Assembly (NCBI RefSeq): GCF_031363805.1
Contig: NZ_JANLVD010000019.1
Location: 2,050-66,049 of the forward strand
DNA length: 64,000 nt
Direction of reading: 5' to 3'
From: Flavobacterium sp.
GTDB lineage: Bacteria; Bacteroidota; Bacteroidia; Flavobacteriales; Flavobacteriaceae
This document shows, piece by piece, positions 54,243 to 64,000 of the stretch (within the stretch, counting starts at the first letter, position 1; every line of letters starts with the position of its first letter). A model generated the notes under the pieces. The model worked only from the letters and a program-made list of their open reading frames with translations. It was not told the origin of the DNA and ran no database searches. The position numbers and the translations under genes were made by a program.

Positions 54243-57200
54243 ATGATGAATAATAGAAATAATAACAGCAATAATAACAATAATAGAGATAAGAATCCTG
54301 TAAAAAGATTCAACAAAATCTCGATAGGTTTAGCTTCACCAGAATCTATCTTGGCAGAGTCAAGAGGCGAAGTTTTGAAACCAGAAACTATCAACTACAG
54401 AACACACAAACCAGAACGTGATGGTCTTTTCTGCGAACGAATTTTCGGACCAGTAAAAGATTTTGAATGTGCTTGTGGAAAATACAAAAGAATCCGATAC
54501 AAAGGAATCGTTTGTGACCGTTGTGGTGTAGAAGTTACAGAGAAAAAAGTACGTAGAGACAGAGTTGGACATATCAACTTGGTTGTGCCTATTGCTCATA
54601 TCTGGTATTTCCGTTCATTGCCAAACAAAATTGGTTATATATTAGGTTTGCCATCTAAGAAATTAGATATGATTATTTACTACGAACGTTATGTAGTAAT
54701 TCAAGCAGGTATTGCTCAAAATCCTGAAGGTGAATCCGTAAAAAGATTAGACTTCTTGACCGAAGAAGAATACTTAAATATTCTTGATACTTTACCAGCA
54801 GACAACCAATATTTGGATGATTTTGATCCTAATAAATTTGTTGCCAAAATGGGAGCAGAGTGTATTATGGACTTATTGGCTCGTATTGACCTTGATGCAC
54901 TTTCTTACGAACTGCGTCACAATGCAAACAACGAAACATCAAAACAACGTAAAACGGAAGCTTTAAAAAGACTTCAAGTTGTTGAGTCTTTCCGTGAATC
55001 TAACTTGAACCGCGAAAATCGTCCGGAATGGATGATCATGAAAGTGGTTCCAGTTATCCCACCAGAATTGCGTCCCCTTGTGCCGCTTGATGGAGGTCGT
55101 TTTGCAACTTCAGATTTAAATGACTTATACCGTCGTGTAATCATCCGTAACAATCGTTTGAAGAGATTAATGGAAATTAAAGCTCCAGAAGTTATCTTAA
55201 GAAACGAAAAACGTATGTTACAAGAGTCTGTAGATTCACTTTTCGATAATACAAGAAAAGCTTCTGCAGTTAAAACTGAATCAAACAGACCATTAAAATC
55301 TTTATCTGATTCATTAAAAGGAAAACAAGGACGTTTCCGTCAAAATTTACTTGGAAAACGTGTAGATTATTCTGCTCGTTCGGTTATTGTTGTTGGACCT
55401 GAATTGAAATTATTCGAATGTGGTATCCCAAAAGATATGGCAGCCGAACTTTACAAACCATTCGTTATCCGTAAATTGATAGAACGTGGAATTGTAAAAA
55501 CTGTAAAATCTGCAAAGAAAATTATAGATAAAAAAGAACCAGTTGTTTGGGATATTCTTGAAAATGTAATTAAAGGTCACCCTGTATTACTGAATCGTGC
55601 GCCTACATTACACAGATTAGGAATTCAGGCTTTTCAACCAAAATTGATTGAAGGAAAAGCAATCCAATTGCACCCTTTAGTTTGTACTGCATTTAATGCG
55701 GATTTTGATGGTGACCAGATGGCAGTTCACTTACCGCTTGGACCAGAAGCTATTTTAGAAGCACAATTGTTAATGTTGGCTTCCCACAATATCTTGAATC
55801 CAGCAAATGGTGCGCCAGTTACAGTACCGTCTCAAGACATGGTGCTTGGTCTATATTATATGACCAAAGAACGTATCTCGACTCCTGAGCATATTATTTT
55901 AGGACAAGATTTAGTTTTCTATTCTGCCGAAGAAGCAAACATTGCTCTAAACGAAGGGAGAGTTGAATTGAATGCTCGTGTAAAAATTAGAGCCAAAGAT
56001 TTTAACGAAGAAGGAGAATTAGTTTATAAAATTATTCAAACCACTGCTGGTCGTGTATTATTTAATGAAGTAGTGCCTGAAGCAGCTGGATATATAAATG
56101 AAGTATTAACCAAAAAGAACTTACGTGATATTATCGGAAGAATCCTTGCCGTAACAAATGTTCCTACAACGGCAGCTTTCCTTGATAACATTAAAGATAT
56201 GGGTTATAAATTTGCCTTTAAAGGTGGATTGTCATTCTCTCTTGGTGATATTCGTATTCCAGAACAAAAGACTAAGTTAATTGCTGATGCTCGTGAACAA
56301 GTAGAAGGAATTTCTGGAAACTACAACATGGGATTAATTACCAATAACGAACGTTACAACCAAGTTATTGATATTTGGACTTCTGCCAATGCGCAATTGA
56401 CAGAATTGGCAATGAAAAATATCCGTGAAGACCAACAAGGTTTCAACTCGGTATATATGATGCTTGACTCTGGTGCAAGGGGATCTAAAGAACAGATTCG
56501 TCAGCTTACAGGTATGCGTGGTTTGATGGCTAAGCCTAAAAAATCAACCGCTGGTGGTGGTGAAATTATTGAGAATCCAATTCTTTCTAACTTTAAAGAA
56601 GGATTATCGATTTTAGAATATTTTATCTCAACTCACGGTGCTCGTAAAGGTCTAGCGGATACGGCTTTGAAAACGGCTGATGCTGGTTATCTTACTCGTA
56701 GATTGCACGACGTTTCTCAAGATGTAATTGTAAACATTGAAGATTGTGGTACTTTAAGAGGTGTAGAAGTTTCGGCTCTGAAAAAGAACGAAGAAATTGT
56801 AGAAACATTAGGAGAAAGAATATTAGGACGCGTGGCATTGCAAGATGTTGTAAATCCTTTAACTAATGATATTTTGGTACATTCTGGTGATCAAATCACA
56901 GAAGCGACTATGAAAATTATTGAAGCTTCTCCAGTTGAAAGAGTTGAAGTTCGTTCGCCATTAACTTGTGAAGCTACAAAAGGAATTTGTGCTAAATGTT
57001 ATGGACGTAATCTAGCTACTGGAAAAATGACCCAAAGAGGTGAAGCAGTTGGAGTAATCGCTGCACAATCTATTGGTGAACCAGGAACACAGTTAACACT
57101 TCGTACTTTCCACGTGGGTGGAGTTGCGGGAGGAATTTCTGAAGAATCTAGCATTGTTGCAAAATTTGGAGGTCGTTTAGAAATAGAAGATTTAAAAACA

Positions 57201-58571
57201 GTGAAAGGCGAAGATTCTGATGGTAATGCTGTGGATATTGTAATTTCTCGTTCTACGGAATTGAAATTAATCGACATTAAAACTGGAATTCTATTAGCAA
57301 CAAACAATATTCCTTACGGTTCTAGTATTTTTGTAACCGATACACAAACAGTTACTAAAGGTGAAGTTATCTGTAAATGGGATCCATATAATGGCGTTAT
57401 TATTTCTGAGTTTACTGGTAAAATTGCTTACGAAGATTTAGAACAAGGACAATCGTTCATGGTCGAAATTGATGAGCAAACTGGTTTCCAGGAAAAAGTA
57501 ATTTCTGAAGGAAGAAACAAAAAATTAATTCCTACTTTGTTAATCTACGGTAAAGATGGCGAACTCATTCGTTCATACAACTTACCAGTAGGTGCTCACT
57601 TAATGGTTAACGATGGTGAGAAAATTAAAGCAGGTAAAATTTTAGTAAAAATACCACGTCGTTCATCAAAAACTGGCGATATTACAGGTGGTTTACCAAG
57701 AATTACGGAACTTTTAGAAGCTCGTAATCCTTCAAACCCAGCAGTAGTTTCAGAAATTGATGGTGTTGTTTCTTTTGGAAAAATCAAAAGAGGAAATCGT
57801 GAGATTATCATAGAATCTAAGTTTGGTGAGATTAAGAAATACTTAGTGAAATTATCAAGTCAGATTCTTGTTCAAGAAAATGACTTCGTAAGAGCTGGAG
57901 TTCCTTTGTCTGATGGAGCCATTACGCCAGATGATATTTTAAGAATTCAAGGACCAGCAGCTGTTCAACAGTATTTGGTTAACGAGATTCAAGAAGTATA
58001 TCGTTTGCAAGGTGTAAAAATCAACGACAAACACTTTGAAGTTGTAATACGCCAGATGATGCGTAAAGTAAGAGTTCAAGATCCAGGAGATACTTTATTC
58101 CTAGAAGATCAATTAATTCATACCAAAGATTTTATTGTTGAGAACGATAAATTGTACGGAATGAAAGTGGTTGAAGATGCTGGGGATTCAAGTAACTTGA
58201 AAGCGGGTCAAATTATTTCTCCACGTGAATTGCGTGATGAGAATTCATTGTTGAAACGTACAGATAAAAATTTGGTTGTAGCTCGTGAAGTTATTACTGC
58301 AACGGCAACTCCAGTATTACAAGGTATTACAAGAGCATCTTTGCAAACCAAATCGTTTATTTCAGCGGCTTCTTTCCAGGAGACTACAAAAGTATTAAAC
58401 GAAGCTGCGGTTGCAGGAAAAGTGGATTATTTGGAAGGCCTTAAAGAAAATGTAATTGTAGGACATAGAATTCCAGCCGGTACAGGTATGAGAGAATATG
58501 ACAATACAATTGTAGGTTCAAAAGAAGAATACAATGATTTAATGGTTACCAAAGAAGAATATAATTACTAA
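54243..58571 (+). CDS. rpoC: RNA polymerase beta' subunit
   Basis: [23 protein letters not shown], Zn-finger CACGK..C..C. Confidence 0.99.
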   Translation: MMNNRNNNSNNNNNRDKNPVKRFNKISIGLASPESILAESRGEVLKPETINYRTHKPERDGLFCERIFGPVKDFECACGKYKRIRYKGIVCDRCGVEVTEKKVRRDRVGHINLVVPIAHIWYFRSLPNKIGYILGLPSKKLDMIIYYERYVVIQAGIAQNPEGESVKRLDFLTEEEYLNILDTLPADNQYLDDFDPNKFVAKMGAECIMDLLARIDLDALSYELRHNANNETSKQRKTEALKRLQVVESFRESNLNRENRPEWMIMKVVPVIPPELRPLVPLDGGRFATSDLNDLYRRVIIRNNRLKRLMEIKAPEVILRNEKRMLQESVDSLFDNTRKASAVKTESNRPLKSLSDSLKGKQGRFRQNLLGKRVDYSARSVIVVGPELKLFECGIPKDMAAELYKPFVIRKLIERGIVKTVKSAKKIIDKKEPVVWDILENVIKGHPVLLNRAPTLHRLGIQAFQPKLIEGKAIQLHPLVCTAFNADFDGDQMAVHLPLGPEAILEAQLLMLASHNILNPANGAPVTVPSQDMVLGLYYMTKERISTPEHIILGQDLVFYSAEEANIALNEGRVELNARVKIRAKDFNEEGELVYKIIQTTAGRVLFNEVVPEAAGYINEVLTKKNLRDIIGRILAVTNVPTTAAFLDNIKDMGYKFAFKGGLSFSLGDIRIPEQKTKLIADAREQVEGISGNYNMGLITNNERYNQVIDIWTSANAQLTELAMKNIREDQQGFNSVYMMLDSGARGSKEQIRQLTGMRGLMAKPKKSTAGGGEIIENPILSNFKEGLSILEYFISTHGARKGLADTALKTADAGYLTRRLHDVSQDVIVNIEDCGTLRGVEVSALKKNEEIVETLGERILGRVALQDVVNPLTNDILVHSGDQITEATMKIIEASPVERVEVRSPLTCEATKGICAKCYGRNLATGKMTQRGEAVGVIAAQSIGEPGTQLTLRTFHVGGVAGGISEESSIVAKFGGRLEIEDLKTVKGEDSDGNAVDIVISRSTELKLIDIKTGILLATNNIPYGSSIFVTDTQTVTKGEVICKWDPYNGVIISEFTGKIAYEDLEQGQSFMVEIDEQTGFQEKVISEGRNKKLIPTLLIYGKDGELIRSYNLPVGAHLMVNDGEKIKAGKILVKIPRRSSKTGDITGGLPRITELLEARNPSNPAVVSEIDGVVSFGKIKRGNREIIIESKFGEIKKYLVKLSSQILVQENDFVRAGVPLSDGAITPDDILRIQGPAAVQQYLVNEIQEVYRLQGVKINDKHFEVVIRQMMRKVRVQDPGDTLFLEDQLIHTKDFIVENDKLYGMKVVEDAGDSSNLKAGQIISPRELRDENSLLKRTDKNLVVAREVITATATPVLQGITRASLQTKSFISAASFQETTKVLNEAAVAGKVDYLEGLKENVIVGHRIPAGTGMREYDNTIVGSKEEYNDLMVTKEEYNY

Positions 58572-58574
58572 CAA

Positions 58575-58700
58575 ATATTGAAAGATTTAAAAATTCAATG
58601 ATTAAAAGATTTTGAAACATATTCAAATTTCTGACAATCATTGAATTTTTTTTATTTTTAATTTTTCAATCTTTCAATTTTTAATCTTTCAATCTTTTAA
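58575..58700. repeat. 8-nt periodic inverted array after rpoC
   Basis: TGAAAGAT/TAAAAGAT units facing ATCTTTCA/ATCTTTTA units. Confidence 0.55.
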
Positions 58701-58704
58701 TAAA

Positions 58705-59007
58705 ATGGAACAACAACAAGGACAAATAAATATCGAACTTGATGAAAATACGGCAGAAGGAATTTATTCTAATCTGGCTATAATAAACCATTCCAACACG
58801 GAATTCGTATTGGATTTTGTGAATATTATGCCTGGTGTGCCCAAAGCGAAAGTTAAATCCAGAATTATACTCACACCTCAGCATGCCAAAAGACTGGTAA
58901 AAGCTATTGCTGAAAATATACAACGGTTTGAAAGTGTGAATGGTAAAATTGTAGAATCTGAACAAGCGCCCATACCTTTAAATTTTGGAACTGCTGGACA
59001 GGCATAA
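58705..59007 (+). CDS. DUF3467 protein (conserved after rpoC in Bacteroidota)
   Basis: EGIYSNLAIINHS.TEFVLDF, SRIILTPQHAKRL. Confidence 0.85.
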   Translation: MEQQQGQINIELDENTAEGIYSNLAIINHSNTEFVLDFVNIMPGVPKAKVKSRIILTPQHAKRLVKAIAENIQRFESVNGKIVESEQAPIPLNFGTAGQA

Positions 59008-59010
59008 TTG

Positions 59011-59047
59011 AAAAATCCCAATTTTTTTTAAAGATTGGGATTTTTTT
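59011..59047. terminator. Bidirectional terminator
   Basis: AAAAATCCCAAT...ATTGGGATTTTT between convergent genes. Confidence 0.8.
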
Positions 59048-59069
59048 ATTTAAACTTAAGCATTACATT

Positions 59070-59861
59070 TTAAACTGTTCCTAAACTATATAATTTTTCC
59101 ATTGTAGGCGATTTGCTTCCGCCAGCTGGTTCCAGCGTTATTCCAAAACCTTCAGCATCTGAGGTGTTGCTAACAGCAAAAAATTTATCATTTTCTGCTT
59201 CAAAGTTTTCTAATAACCCAATACTTGTTGGTGTTAACGCAGGTTTTAATTTTAAAGACCAAACTTGATAAACCATTCCTTTTGGTGGTTTTGGCAATCC
59301 AGAAGCATCAACATATACTACTTGTGTTTCTTTGTTCCAATATACTTTGGCAAATGATTTTGGAGAAACAGCTTGACCTCCAAGAGTAATAACTGTATTT
59401 TTTGAATCTCTAATCACATAAAGTGCTTTTTTGGTTTGCTTATTTTTATTTTCGGTAGAAACAACAACTTCATTTAGTTTCGATTTTTCTTTTTCAAGAT
59501 TTACAATATCATTCTCAAATTTAATTTGATTATTATATTGATAGCCAACGCCCAAAAGCAATGCCAAAGCCGCTGCCCAACCCAAATATTGAAGTTTGCT
59601 ACTCTTAGGTTGCATTTCTATAACTTTGGGCGAATGTTTAATGTCAAGTTTTGATTTTATTTTGGCAAAATTTTCGACCGATAAAAAAGGAGAGAAACTC
59701 GTAGACAAGTTTACAATTGCTTTTTCTATAGAAATGATTTCATTATCTACAGCTTCATTAATTTTTGCCATTTGACTTACTTCTAAGTTTTCAGTCTCAT
59801 TTAATAAACCATAAACATAAAGTTCTAAAATACCGGAATCTATATATTGTTTTGTTTCCAT
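59070..59861 (-). CDS. RskA-type anti-sigma factor
   Basis: YIDSGILELYVYG, central TM, GMVYQVWSL, FGITLEPAGGS..PT. Confidence 0.88.
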   Translation of the reverse strand: METKQYIDSGILELYVYGLLNETENLEVSQMAKINEAVDNEIISIEKAIVNLSTSFSPFLSVENFAKIKSKLDIKHSPKVIEMQPKSSKLQYLGWAAALALLLGVGYQYNNQIKFENDIVNLEKEKSKLNEVVVSTENKNKQTKKALYVIRDSKNTVITLGGQAVSPKSFAKVYWNKETQVVYVDASGLPKPPKGMVYQVWSLKLKPALTPTSIGLLENFEAENDKFFAVSNTSDAEGFGITLEPAGGSKSPTMEKLYSLGTV

Positions 59862-59863
59862 TT

Positions 59864-60394
59864 TTATACGTGTAAAAAATTTCTTAAATCGTTAATACAA
59901 TTTCTATTTTGTGTTTTCACAGTTCCCAAAGGAATTTCCAATTCATCCGAAGCTTCTTGCTGTGTATATCCTTTAAAAAATAATAAATCTATAATTTGGA
60001 TACATTTTGGCTTTAGTTTTTTGACAAATTCTTCAATTCCAATAGAATCAATCTTATTTGTAAGTTTGTTACTGTCATCCAATAGATGTACGAAATTATC
60101 TGACGATAGGTTTTTTTTACTATTATTAAAATTTTTGGAACGCAATTTATCAATGGTCGAATTTCTAGCAATATTAACAGCCCAGGTATAAAATCTGCCT
60201 TTACTTTCATTATAACTATCTATATTTTTCCAGATTTTTATAAAAACTTCTTGAAGTACATCTTCTGCTTCTTCGCGGTCATTAATTAAATTTTTAATGA
60301 CTGAAAACAAACTTTTCGAATACATATCGTATAAATAAGTGTAGGCTCTGTCGTCTTTTTTTGAAATTAAGGTTAAAACTTCTTCTTGTGTCAT
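59864..60394 (-). CDS. ECF RNA polymerase sigma factor
   Basis: AEDVLQEVFIKIW (region 2), ASDELEIPLGTVKT (region 4). Confidence 0.93.
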   Translation of the reverse strand: MTQEEVLTLISKKDDRAYTYLYDMYSKSLFSVIKNLINDREEAEDVLQEVFIKIWKNIDSYNESKGRFYTWAVNIARNSTIDKLRSKNFNNSKKNLSSDNFVHLLDDSNKLTNKIDSIGIEEFVKKLKPKCIQIIDLLFFKGYTQQEASDELEIPLGTVKTQNRNCINDLRNFLHV

Positions 60395-60603
60395 AATTGT
60401 TTATTTATATACACAAATTTATGGATTATTTTTTTTAAACAGTGAGTTCATATTTTACATAATTTACAAAATTGTTAGTATAATTAATGATTAAATGTAA
60501 TTTCTTACTTTTAAAATTAAATTATATTTTTATAACCAATAATTTTTATAATAATATCTAATATTGTATATTCGTTTTCCTAAATCATCTAAATCTTAAA
60601 GTT

Positions 60604-61191
60604 ATGAAGAAATTTCTGTTTATTATCGCATTATTTTCTATAATTAGTTGCAAAAATCAAGAAGGAAATATTAAAGGTAGCGTGCCTGAAGAAGTAGAAG
60701 TGATGAATCAAGCTTCAATACACCAGTTTAAAGTAACGGATATTAATGGCAAAGAATTTGATTTTGCTTCATTGAAGGGTAAAAAGGTAATGATTGTTAA
60801 TACGGCTTCTAAGTGTTCATTGGCTCCTCAATACGAGCAACTTGAAACATTATATGAAGAGTTTAAAAAAGATAATTTTATTATTTTAGGTTTTCCAGCC
60901 AATAATTTTAACGAACAAGAACCAGGAACAAACGCTGAAATTGCAGAATTCTGTACAAAGAATTATGGAGTAACTTTTCCTATGATGGAAAAAATTTCAG
61001 TAAAGGGTGCAGATATGCATCCATTATATCAATTTTTGACCCAAAAAGCTCAAAACGGATTGCAAGAAAATAATGTAGAATGGAATTTTCAAAAATATTT
61101 AATTGACAGAGAAGGTCATTTGGATAGAGTTGTGGCTCCACAAACATTACCAATTGATGAATCTATCATCAACTGGATTAAAAAAGCTTAG
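60604..61191 (+). CDS. Glutathione peroxidase-family lipoprotein
   Basis: Lipobox IISC, VNTASKC, GFPANNF..QEPG, WNFQKYLI. Confidence 0.9.
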   Translation: MKKFLFIIALFSIISCKNQEGNIKGSVPEEVEVMNQASIHQFKVTDINGKEFDFASLKGKKVMIVNTASKCSLAPQYEQLETLYEEFKKDNFIILGFPANNFNEQEPGTNAEIAEFCTKNYGVTFPMMEKISVKGADMHPLYQFLTQKAQNGLQENNVEWNFQKYLIDREGHLDRVVAPQTLPIDESIINWIKKA

Positions 61192-61205
61192 TTATTCTTT
61201 ACAAT

Positions 61206-61250
61206 AAAAATAAATGCACTTTATCTTATTGATAAAGTGCATTTATTTTT
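61206..61250. terminator. 20-bp perfect inverted repeat between convergent genes
   Basis: AAAAATAAATGCACTTTATC-TTATT-GATAAAGTGCATTTATTTTT. Confidence 0.75.
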
Positions 61251-62314
61251 AACCAAAGTTCATTATCAAAACCTGACAAAGCAAAATTTGATCCATCTGC
61301 TGCATTTCCCATTCTAATAACTACCATTTTTTTGCTCGGAATAACATATATTTTTTGGTCATCTCTTCCCAAAGCCATAAACATATCGTTTGATCCAGAA
61401 GGAATTAAACTTCCAGTAATTTGCAATTGACTTTGTGGCAAATGATAGCTAGACTTACCATTTAGCCACCACAAATAACCATAAGATTGATTAATAGTTT
61501 GCGAAGTATTTGTTGCCTGTGTAAAATAGTTTTCATTTAAAATTTGATCGTTGTTCCAATTTCCTTTATTCAACATGAGCAAACCAAAACGAGCCATACT
61601 TCTACTATTACTCCAGTAAACACTATTATTTCCAGATTGTACCCAACCACCATCCATTCCAATTTTATTTCTTAGTTTCGTATTGAAATAATTGGGCCAA
61701 CTTTGTCCGCTGGCTTGCGAAACTACATCTTGAAGTTTTACATATACATTGTGATAAGCCCAACGCGTATTTGCATCTGCCACATAAGTCAAATCTGCAG
61801 GCAATACGCCATCATTTGTATCATCCAACCCCGAGGTCATATTTAATAAATTTTTACAAGTAATTAAATTTTCTTTAGCAATAGGTGCACTTGTCCAACC
61901 ATTACCAATATAATTGGAAACTTTATTATTTATATTGATTATTCCTTCTTGTTGTGCTATTCCAGTTATTGTGGAAGTCAATGTTTTCCCTGCACTTGCC
62001 CAATACCAGTTTGCCGTTGCGTCATGACCATTGAAATAATTTTCCATTACAATTTTTCCATTAACCAAAATGACGAAACTTTTAGAATTTTTCAATTGCA
62101 AATAATCTAGAAGTGGTTGCACAGCCGTTTGATTCCAATTTAAAGATTGAATTGTTTTGGTTTCCCAAACGCTACTTCCATTGGTTGGAAAATACATTGG
62201 TTCTAATACTATTGGATTTGGAATTGGTGTGGCAATTGGTTCTGAAACTACTTCATCAGTAGAACAATTAATAAATAGTGTAGCAACTAGCGTTAAAAAT
62301 AAAATTGATTTCAT
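61226..62314 (-). CDS. Beta-lactamase-like serine hydrolase lipoprotein
   Basis: Lipobox FINC, SxxK (WASAGKT), YxN (WAYHN), YGYLWW. Confidence 0.85.
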   Translation of the reverse strand: MKSILFLTLVATLFINCSTDEVVSEPIATPIPNPIVLEPMYFPTNGSSVWETKTIQSLNWNQTAVQPLLDYLQLKNSKSFVILVNGKIVMENYFNGHDATANWYWASAGKTLTSTITGIAQQEGIININNKVSNYIGNGWTSAPIAKENLITCKNLLNMTSGLDDTNDGVLPADLTYVADANTRWAYHNVYVKLQDVVSQASGQSWPNYFNTKLRNKIGMDGGWVQSGNNSVYWSNSRSMARFGLLMLNKGNWNNDQILNENYFTQATNTSQTINQSYGYLWWLNGKSSYHLPQSQLQITGSLIPSGSNDMFMALGRDDQKIYVIPSKKMVVIRMGNAADGSNFALSGFDNELWLKINALYQ

Positions 62315-62392
62315 AATGGTTAAGTTTAGAGTTTAAAAATTTAGACTCACAAAATTGAGAATGGTTTAATTGAGAATTGTTATTTTTACAAG

Positions 62393-62806
62393 ATGAAAAA
62401 TATTATTTTATTATTATTTGTAATTTTTAGTAGTTGCAGCCAAAAGATTGATGTTTCAAAAATTGATTTTATAAATGGATATTGGCAAATCCAAAAAGTC
62501 GAAGATGCCAATGGCAATGAAAAAGAATATAAAATAAATGAATTTTATGATTATTTTGAAGTTAAAAAAAATATTGGTTTTCACAAAAAAGTGCAGTGGC
62601 AACCTACCAATAAATTCTTGGTAAACGATGCCCAAGATAATTTGAAAATAATTCCAAAAGATGATAAAGTATTTCTAGAATTTTATTCTCAATTTGGAAA
62701 GCATAAGGATGAATTGATATTGTTATCCAAAAATGAAATGATTTTAGAATCTAAAGAAAAAGTGAAATTTTATTATGATAAAGTTATTATAAACACCAAT
62801 AAATAA
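62393..62806 (+). CDS. Lipoprotein, lipocalin-like hypothetical
   Basis: Lipobox FSSC, INGYWQIQKV (GxW). Confidence 0.6.
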   Translation: MKNIILLLFVIFSSCSQKIDVSKIDFINGYWQIQKVEDANGNEKEYKINEFYDYFEVKKNIGFHKKVQWQPTNKFLVNDAQDNLKIIPKDDKVFLEFYSQFGKHKDELILLSKNEMILESKEKVKFYYDKVIINTNK

Positions 62807-62807
62807 A

Positions 62808-63104
62808 ATGGCAAAAAGGCTTAATAATCAAAGTGCAATTGGTGATATTTTAAATGAAATCATCAAAAATAATAAACTCGAACCTGGTCTAAACGAAGTT
62901 TCTGTACTCGATGCTTGGAAAAATTTGATGGGGAATGGTGTTAATAATTATACTAGGAATATAGCTTTGAGAAATGGAATTCTATATGTTGAGCTTACCT
63001 CGGCAGTTTTGCGAGAAGAATTGAGCTATGGTAAAGATAAAATCATTAAAATGATTAATGAAGAATTAGGAAAAGAAGTTGTAAAAAGTGTTGTTTTGAG
63101 ATAA
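62808..63104 (+). CDS. DUF721 (DciA-like) protein
   Basis: AW.NLMG, LYVELTSAVLREELSY.K..II..IN. Confidence 0.8.
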   Translation: MAKRLNNQSAIGDILNEIIKNNKLEPGLNEVSVLDAWKNLMGNGVNNYTRNIALRNGILYVELTSAVLREELSYGKDKIIKMINEELGKEVVKSVVLR

Positions 63105-63128
63105 AAAAAGCTCCTATTTGCTAGGAGC
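63103..63128 (-). terminator. aceA terminator
   Basis: GCTCCTA/TAGGAGC stem with T7 on the minus strand. Confidence 0.75.
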
Positions 63129-63159
63129 CTTTCACAAAACAAAATAACCTAAAAAAATA

Positions 63160-64000
63160 TTAAAATTGTGTAGTTTCTGTAGAATCTTTCATTGCAGCTG
63201 TAGATGTTATTCCCATAGTAACTGTGTTTTGAACTTCGTCAAAATAAGCAGTTCCTACAAATGACTGGTGTTTTATGGCTTTAAAACCTTCTTTTTGCAG
63301 TGCAAACTCCCTTTCTTGTAGTTCAGAATATCCAGCCATTCCTCTTTTTTTGTATGCCAAAGAAAGTTCAAACATTGAAGTATTCAAAGCATGGAATCCA
63401 GCTAATGTTATGAATTGGAATTTGTATCCCATAGCTGCTAGTTCCTCTCTAAATGTTTCCATTTCTAAAACTGATAATTTAGCTGCCCAATTGAATGATG
63501 GTGAGCAATTGTAAGCTAACAATTTTCCTGGATATTGCGCATGAATGGCTGTCGCAAATTTTCTAGCTTGCGCTAAATCCGGTGTGGAAGTTTCCATCCA
63601 AATTAAATCGGCATAAGGTGCATATGATAATCCTCTATCAATACCTTGCTCAATTCCATTGTTAACATAGAAAAAGCCTTCTGGTGAGCGTTCACCCGTT
63701 AAGAACTTTCGATCTCTTTCGTCCACATCGCTGGTGATTAAATTGGCCGCTTCAGCATCCGTTCTTGCAATAACTAGGGTGGAAGTTCCCATTACATCCG
63801 CTGCTAATCTAGCCGCTATTAATTTGTTGATGGCTTCCTGAGTAGGAACCAAAACCTTTCCGCCCAAATGTCCACATTTTTTTGCAGACGATAGTTGGTC
63901 TTCAAAGTGTACACCAGCAGCACCTGCTTCAATCATGCTTTTCATTAATTCGAAAGCATTTAAGTTGCCGCCAAAACCAGCTTCTGCATCGGCTACAATT
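63160..64000 (-). CDS. aceA: Isocitrate lyase, 3' part (runs off the window end)
   Basis: HFEDQL...[35 protein letters not shown]. Confidence 0.96.
   Translation of the reverse strand, partial: IVADAEAGFGGNLNAFELMKSMIEAGAAGVHFEDQLSSAKKCGHLGGKVLVPTQEAINKLIAARLAADVMGTSTLVIARTDAEAANLITSDVDERDRKFLTGERSPEGFFYVNNGIEQGIDRGLSYAPYADLIWMETSTPDLAQARKFATAIHAQYPGKLLAYNCSPSFNWAAKLSVLEMETFREELAAMGYKFQFITLAGFHALNTSMFELSLAYKKRGMAGYSELQEREFALQKEGFKAIKHQSFVGTAYFDEVQNTVTMGITSTAAMKDSTETTQF

Noticed and set aside
61226-62314. Bona fide beta-lactamase resistance gene
   Set aside because: SxxK and YxN only place it in the broad serine hydrolase family, and no class-defining triad or mobile context was recognised.

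Overview
Housekeeping-rich 64-kb segment of a low-GC Bacteroidota chromosome. TAnnTTTG promoters, SusC/SusD pairs and gene order point to Flavobacterium or a close relative. 0-9.4 kb: orphan partial ORF, radC, a RES-Xre toxin-antitoxin pair, an ABC transporter/DUF3299 cluster, yjjG, rarA, rhomboid and rlmB. 9.4-22.6 kb (minus strand): two tandem SusC/SusD pairs with one extra lipoprotein and no CAZymes, then an Omp85-family gene. 23-40.3 kb: str-S10-spc-alpha ribosomal supercluster. 40.5-58.6 kb: carA, eno, rpsU, xerC-like recombinase, hpf, 4 tRNAs, tuf, secE, nusG, rplKAJL, rpoB, rpoC. 58.7-64 kb: DUF3467, an ECF sigma/anti-sigma pair, GPx, a serine hydrolase, a lipoprotein, DUF721 and partial aceA. 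Most notable: (1) an in-frame TAA at codon 587 of the essential fusA; (2) four co-oriented copies of a 'shell + swappable hairpin cargo' REP-like element; (3) 7-8-nt periodic inverted arrays in many spacers; (4) several promoters overlapped by palindromes or terminators, including a twin operator for the TA pair and a probably leaderless rlmB; (5) homogenised 5' ends of the two susC genes. No CRISPR, rRNA, transposase or prophage was seen. All calls come from manual motif recognition; no searches were run.
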